Below are positions 29,815 through 32,000 of a stretch of DNA of 32,000 nt, one piece after another. How positions within the stretch are numbered: the first letter of the stretch is position 1; the number at the start of each line of letters is the position of its first letter. Both the position numbers and the translations under genes were made by a program. Under the pieces are notes generated by a model. That model did not search any database. It was not told the origin of the DNA and saw only the letters and a list, made by a program, of their open reading frames with translations. Where the stretch lies: sequence record CM063639.1. One strand, given 5' to 3'.

Positions 29815-29918
29815 TTTGTTAATAAAAACTTCCAAACATACAACTTTGTTGTATGTCAGGTTTTCTTCGAAAACGTTTTTATAACCTGTAAATAAAGCAA
29901 AGCTTTATTTACTGACAA
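29815..29918 (+). repeat. third copy (104 nt) of the L+C+F composite, direct relative to 18362-18465
   Basis: It is identical to 18362-18465 except for one c>t change and the family F triloop, which is inverted (caaag versus ctttg). Confidence 0.9.
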
Positions 29919-30225
29919 CGGAACATCCAACTTGATTATATGTCAAGTTTTTTTAGAAAACGTTTTGTCTTACTGCAGGCTTATCAATAAAAAACTTTGT
30001 TTTTTATAGGCTAGTACTTGTACCAAATTTTGATAAAATCTAAGTACAGCAAAGTATTATGTACTGACAGGAATTATAATTTAGTTTTTAGTTAAGTTTA
30101 TTAGTAAATAATAACTTTATATAAACTATATACTTATAATTTATAGTCAAATACATAGTTTAATGAGACACAAAAATCCCATTTTTATGTATTATTGACA
30201 TCTTGTCAATGAAAATGATGCAACT

Positions 30226-30285
30226 AAATAATTACACATTTAAATAATTACACATTTAAATAATTACACATTTAAATAATTACAT
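30226..30285. repeat. tandem repeat, 16 bp x about 3.7 (aaataattacacattt)
   Basis: Units start at 30226, 30242, 30258 and 30274. The last unit is diverged. Confidence 0.9.
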
Positions 30286-30582
30286 ACATAGAGAGTGCTT
30301 TAAGAGTTAAAAGCTGTATTTTTATTTTATAAAGTATAACAAATTTTTAACAAATATTTTTGTAAACTTTTTAAACCTACATTGCCAAAAGCTGTAATAA
30401 ATTGTGACTTATTTTTATTTAAACATTAAAACCTTATTTTTACTTTTTATTTTTATATGTCCTGTAAATAAAGCAAGCTTTGTCTGCCGTTTTGGATAAA
30501 TATCAACTTACAATAAGTTGATATTACTTTGCTAGTAAATTAAACAAAATTTTATTTAGCGCTAAAACAAGATTTTCGCAAC

Positions 30583-30621
30583 CCTTGCCAATAATGCAAC
30601 TTTGTTGCATTATTGGCAAGG
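30583..30621. repeat. unique hairpin (18 bp stem, TTT loop) in the psaA-chlB spacer
   Basis: ccttgccaataatgcaac-ttt-gttgcattattggcaagg. Confidence 0.7.
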
Positions 30622-30841
30622 CAAAAGTTTTTTGTTATAAATATTTCGTTTTGTCTTACTACATTTTTTCAATAAAAAAATTTTGCAACAAGTTTGTCTT
30701 TGTTAAACAAAACTTTTTTCCCTTACTTTTCTTTACTAATAAAAAAGAAATTTATAACAAAGCAAAAAAGCTTATCAATAAAAAAACTTTATTTTTTTAT
30801 AGACTGCTTTACTTTGTTATAAAAACGTTTTCGAAGAAAAT

Positions 30842-31002
30842 CTGACATACAACTAGCAAAGCAAACCTTTGCTAGCAAAGGCAAAGTTGTATGTTGCCTT
30901 GTCAGTAAATAAAGCAAAGCTTTATTTACAGGTTATAAAAACGTTTTCGAAGAAAACCTGACATACAACAAAGTTGTATGTTTGGAAGTTTTTATTAGCA
31001 AA
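30842..31002 (-). repeat. 161 bp inverted repeat, right arm
   Basis: Reverse complement of 18362-18522, 160/161 identical. Confidence 0.9.
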
Positions 31003-31130
31003 AAAGAAGTTTTTATTAGCAAACGGTACTTATACAAATTTTTTTAAAAACAAAAATTTAAACAACCTAATAAAGCAAGCAAATTGTACTTTATTAGAAA
31101 TGTAATGAACATCATTTTTATAAAAGTATT

Positions 31131-32000
31131 TTATGCGCCTGCGGCTTCTTTTGCAGCATACATAATTTCTACGGTAATTTCATTAATATTTTTTTCACGA
31201 GCAAATTTTTCTGTATTTCTTTTTATTTTTCCACGAACAAAACCAGGAATTTTATTTAATTCAGCTATTCCATCAGGTGCCCAGCTTAAATCAGAATCAG
31301 TAGATAATGATTTTGTAATAACTTGTTTTGTATCATGCCCTCCAAAAATTTCTAATAAATGGTCTTCCATTCCTAACGTGAAGGAGTTATATACTAAATC
31401 AGCTATTTGGTTTGTTCCTTCGTACCCTAAAAAAGGACGATACCCGAGTGGGAAATTTTGAATATGAACTGGAGCGGAAATAACTCCACATGGAATATCT
31501 AAACGTTTTCCAATATGTCTTTCCATTTGAGTTCCAAAAATTGCCGATGGTTCAATTTTAGCAATCATATCACCAACTTGCGTATGATCATCAGTAATCA
31601 ATACTTGATCACAAAAACCTTGTACTTGCTCGCGAAACCAATCCGCATCATGTTTACAGTATGTCCCAGAACAAGAAACCCGTATACCCATTTCTCGTGC
31701 TAAAATTTTTGTCATAGATGCTGCATGAGTAGCATCGCCAAAAACAATAGCTTTTTTTCCAGTTAAATTTTGACAATCAATTGAGCGTGAAAACCAAGCT
31801 GCTTGCGAAACAAATCTTGTTTGCTGATCAATATAATTTTCAAAGTCTACCGTTGAAGTATAATTATTCAATTCAAGAATTTTTTGAATTTCGCGTATAC
31901 AATTAGCTGTATCAACAATACCCATTGGAGTTGTAGTAATATAAGGCATATTAAATTCCGTTTGCAAATAATTTGCCGTAATTAACCCAATCTCACGATA
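31131..32000 (-). CDS. chlB: light-independent protochlorophyllide reductase subunit B, 3' part (5' end lies beyond the window)
   Basis: TAA stop at 31131. The C-terminal two-fifths of ChlB is present: [85 protein letters not shown]. The frame stays open from 31968 to 32000 and reads [11 protein letters not shown], which aligns with ChlB. The M at 31967 in the ORF track is an internal TTG (Leu), not a start. Confidence 0.96.
   Translation of the reverse strand, partial: YREIGLITANYLQTEFNMPYITTTPMGIVDTANCIREIQKILELNNYTSTVDFENYIDQQTRFVSQAAWFSRSIDCQNLTGKKAIVFGDATHAASMTKILAREMGIRVSCSGTYCKHDADWFREQVQGFCDQVLITDDHTQVGDMIAKIEPSAIFGTQMERHIGKRLDIPCGVISAPVHIQNFPLGYRPFLGYEGTNQIADLVYNSFTLGMEDHLLEIFGGHDTKQVITKSLSTDSDLSWAPDGIAELNKIPGFVRGKIKRNTEKFAREKNINEITVEIMYAAKEAAGA

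Noticed and set aside
31965-31967. Start of chlB at 31967, as drawn in the ORF track (MQTEFNMPY...).
   Set aside because: The codon is TTG. The frame remains open to the window edge and the upstream translation ([20 protein letters not shown]) still aligns with ChlB (..PYREVGLMTA.YLEKEFGMPY..). The gene is therefore truncated by the window rather than starting here.

Overview
This window is AT-rich green-plastid (chloroplast) DNA, not a prokaryotic accessory region. I can support 17 protein genes: rps3, rps19, rpl2, rpl23, cemA, minD, ycf4, rpl19, tufA, rps7, rps12, atpE, atpB, rbcL, psaB, psaA and a chlB that runs off the right edge. There are also 3 tRNA genes: trnR-ACG, trnT-UGU and trnN-GUU. 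All genes are uninterrupted. Every complete CDS starts with ATG. Stops are TAA in 16 genes and TAG in rpl23, with no TGA.

The gene content points to a core chlorophyte green alga with a Trebouxiophyceae/Ulvophyceae-like repertoire: tufA, minD, rpl19, chlB, cemA and ycf4 are present, psaA is contiguous, rpl22 is absent between rps19 and rps3, and no rbcS follows rbcL. The species cannot be named without a database search.

These genes sum to about 16.0 kb, so only about half of the window is coding. Ancestral operons (rpl23-rpl2-rps19-rps3, rps12-rps7-tufA, atpB-atpE, psaA-psaB) keep their order and strand but are separated by 0.4-1.1 kb spacers.

I found no evidence for a novel protein-coding system. 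Every non-gene ORF in the track is either antisense or out of frame within a real gene, or is built from repeats.

The unusual content is in the spacers. They hold a dense, modular population of short dispersed hairpin repeats in at least 12 families.
- Most are A/T-rich stems closed by a C-G pair around a TTT/AAA or GAA/TTC triloop.
- The hairpin loop or core is found inverted in place relative to conserved flanks.
- One element is inserted into the loop of another.
- Elements assemble into long composite repeats of 91-161 bp, perfect or nearly so, that bracket single genes (ycf4, psaA, rbcL) and a 12.3 kb atpB-rbcL-psaB-psaA block.

A second spacer class is repeat-free and extremely AT-rich, and all three tRNA genes sit in it.
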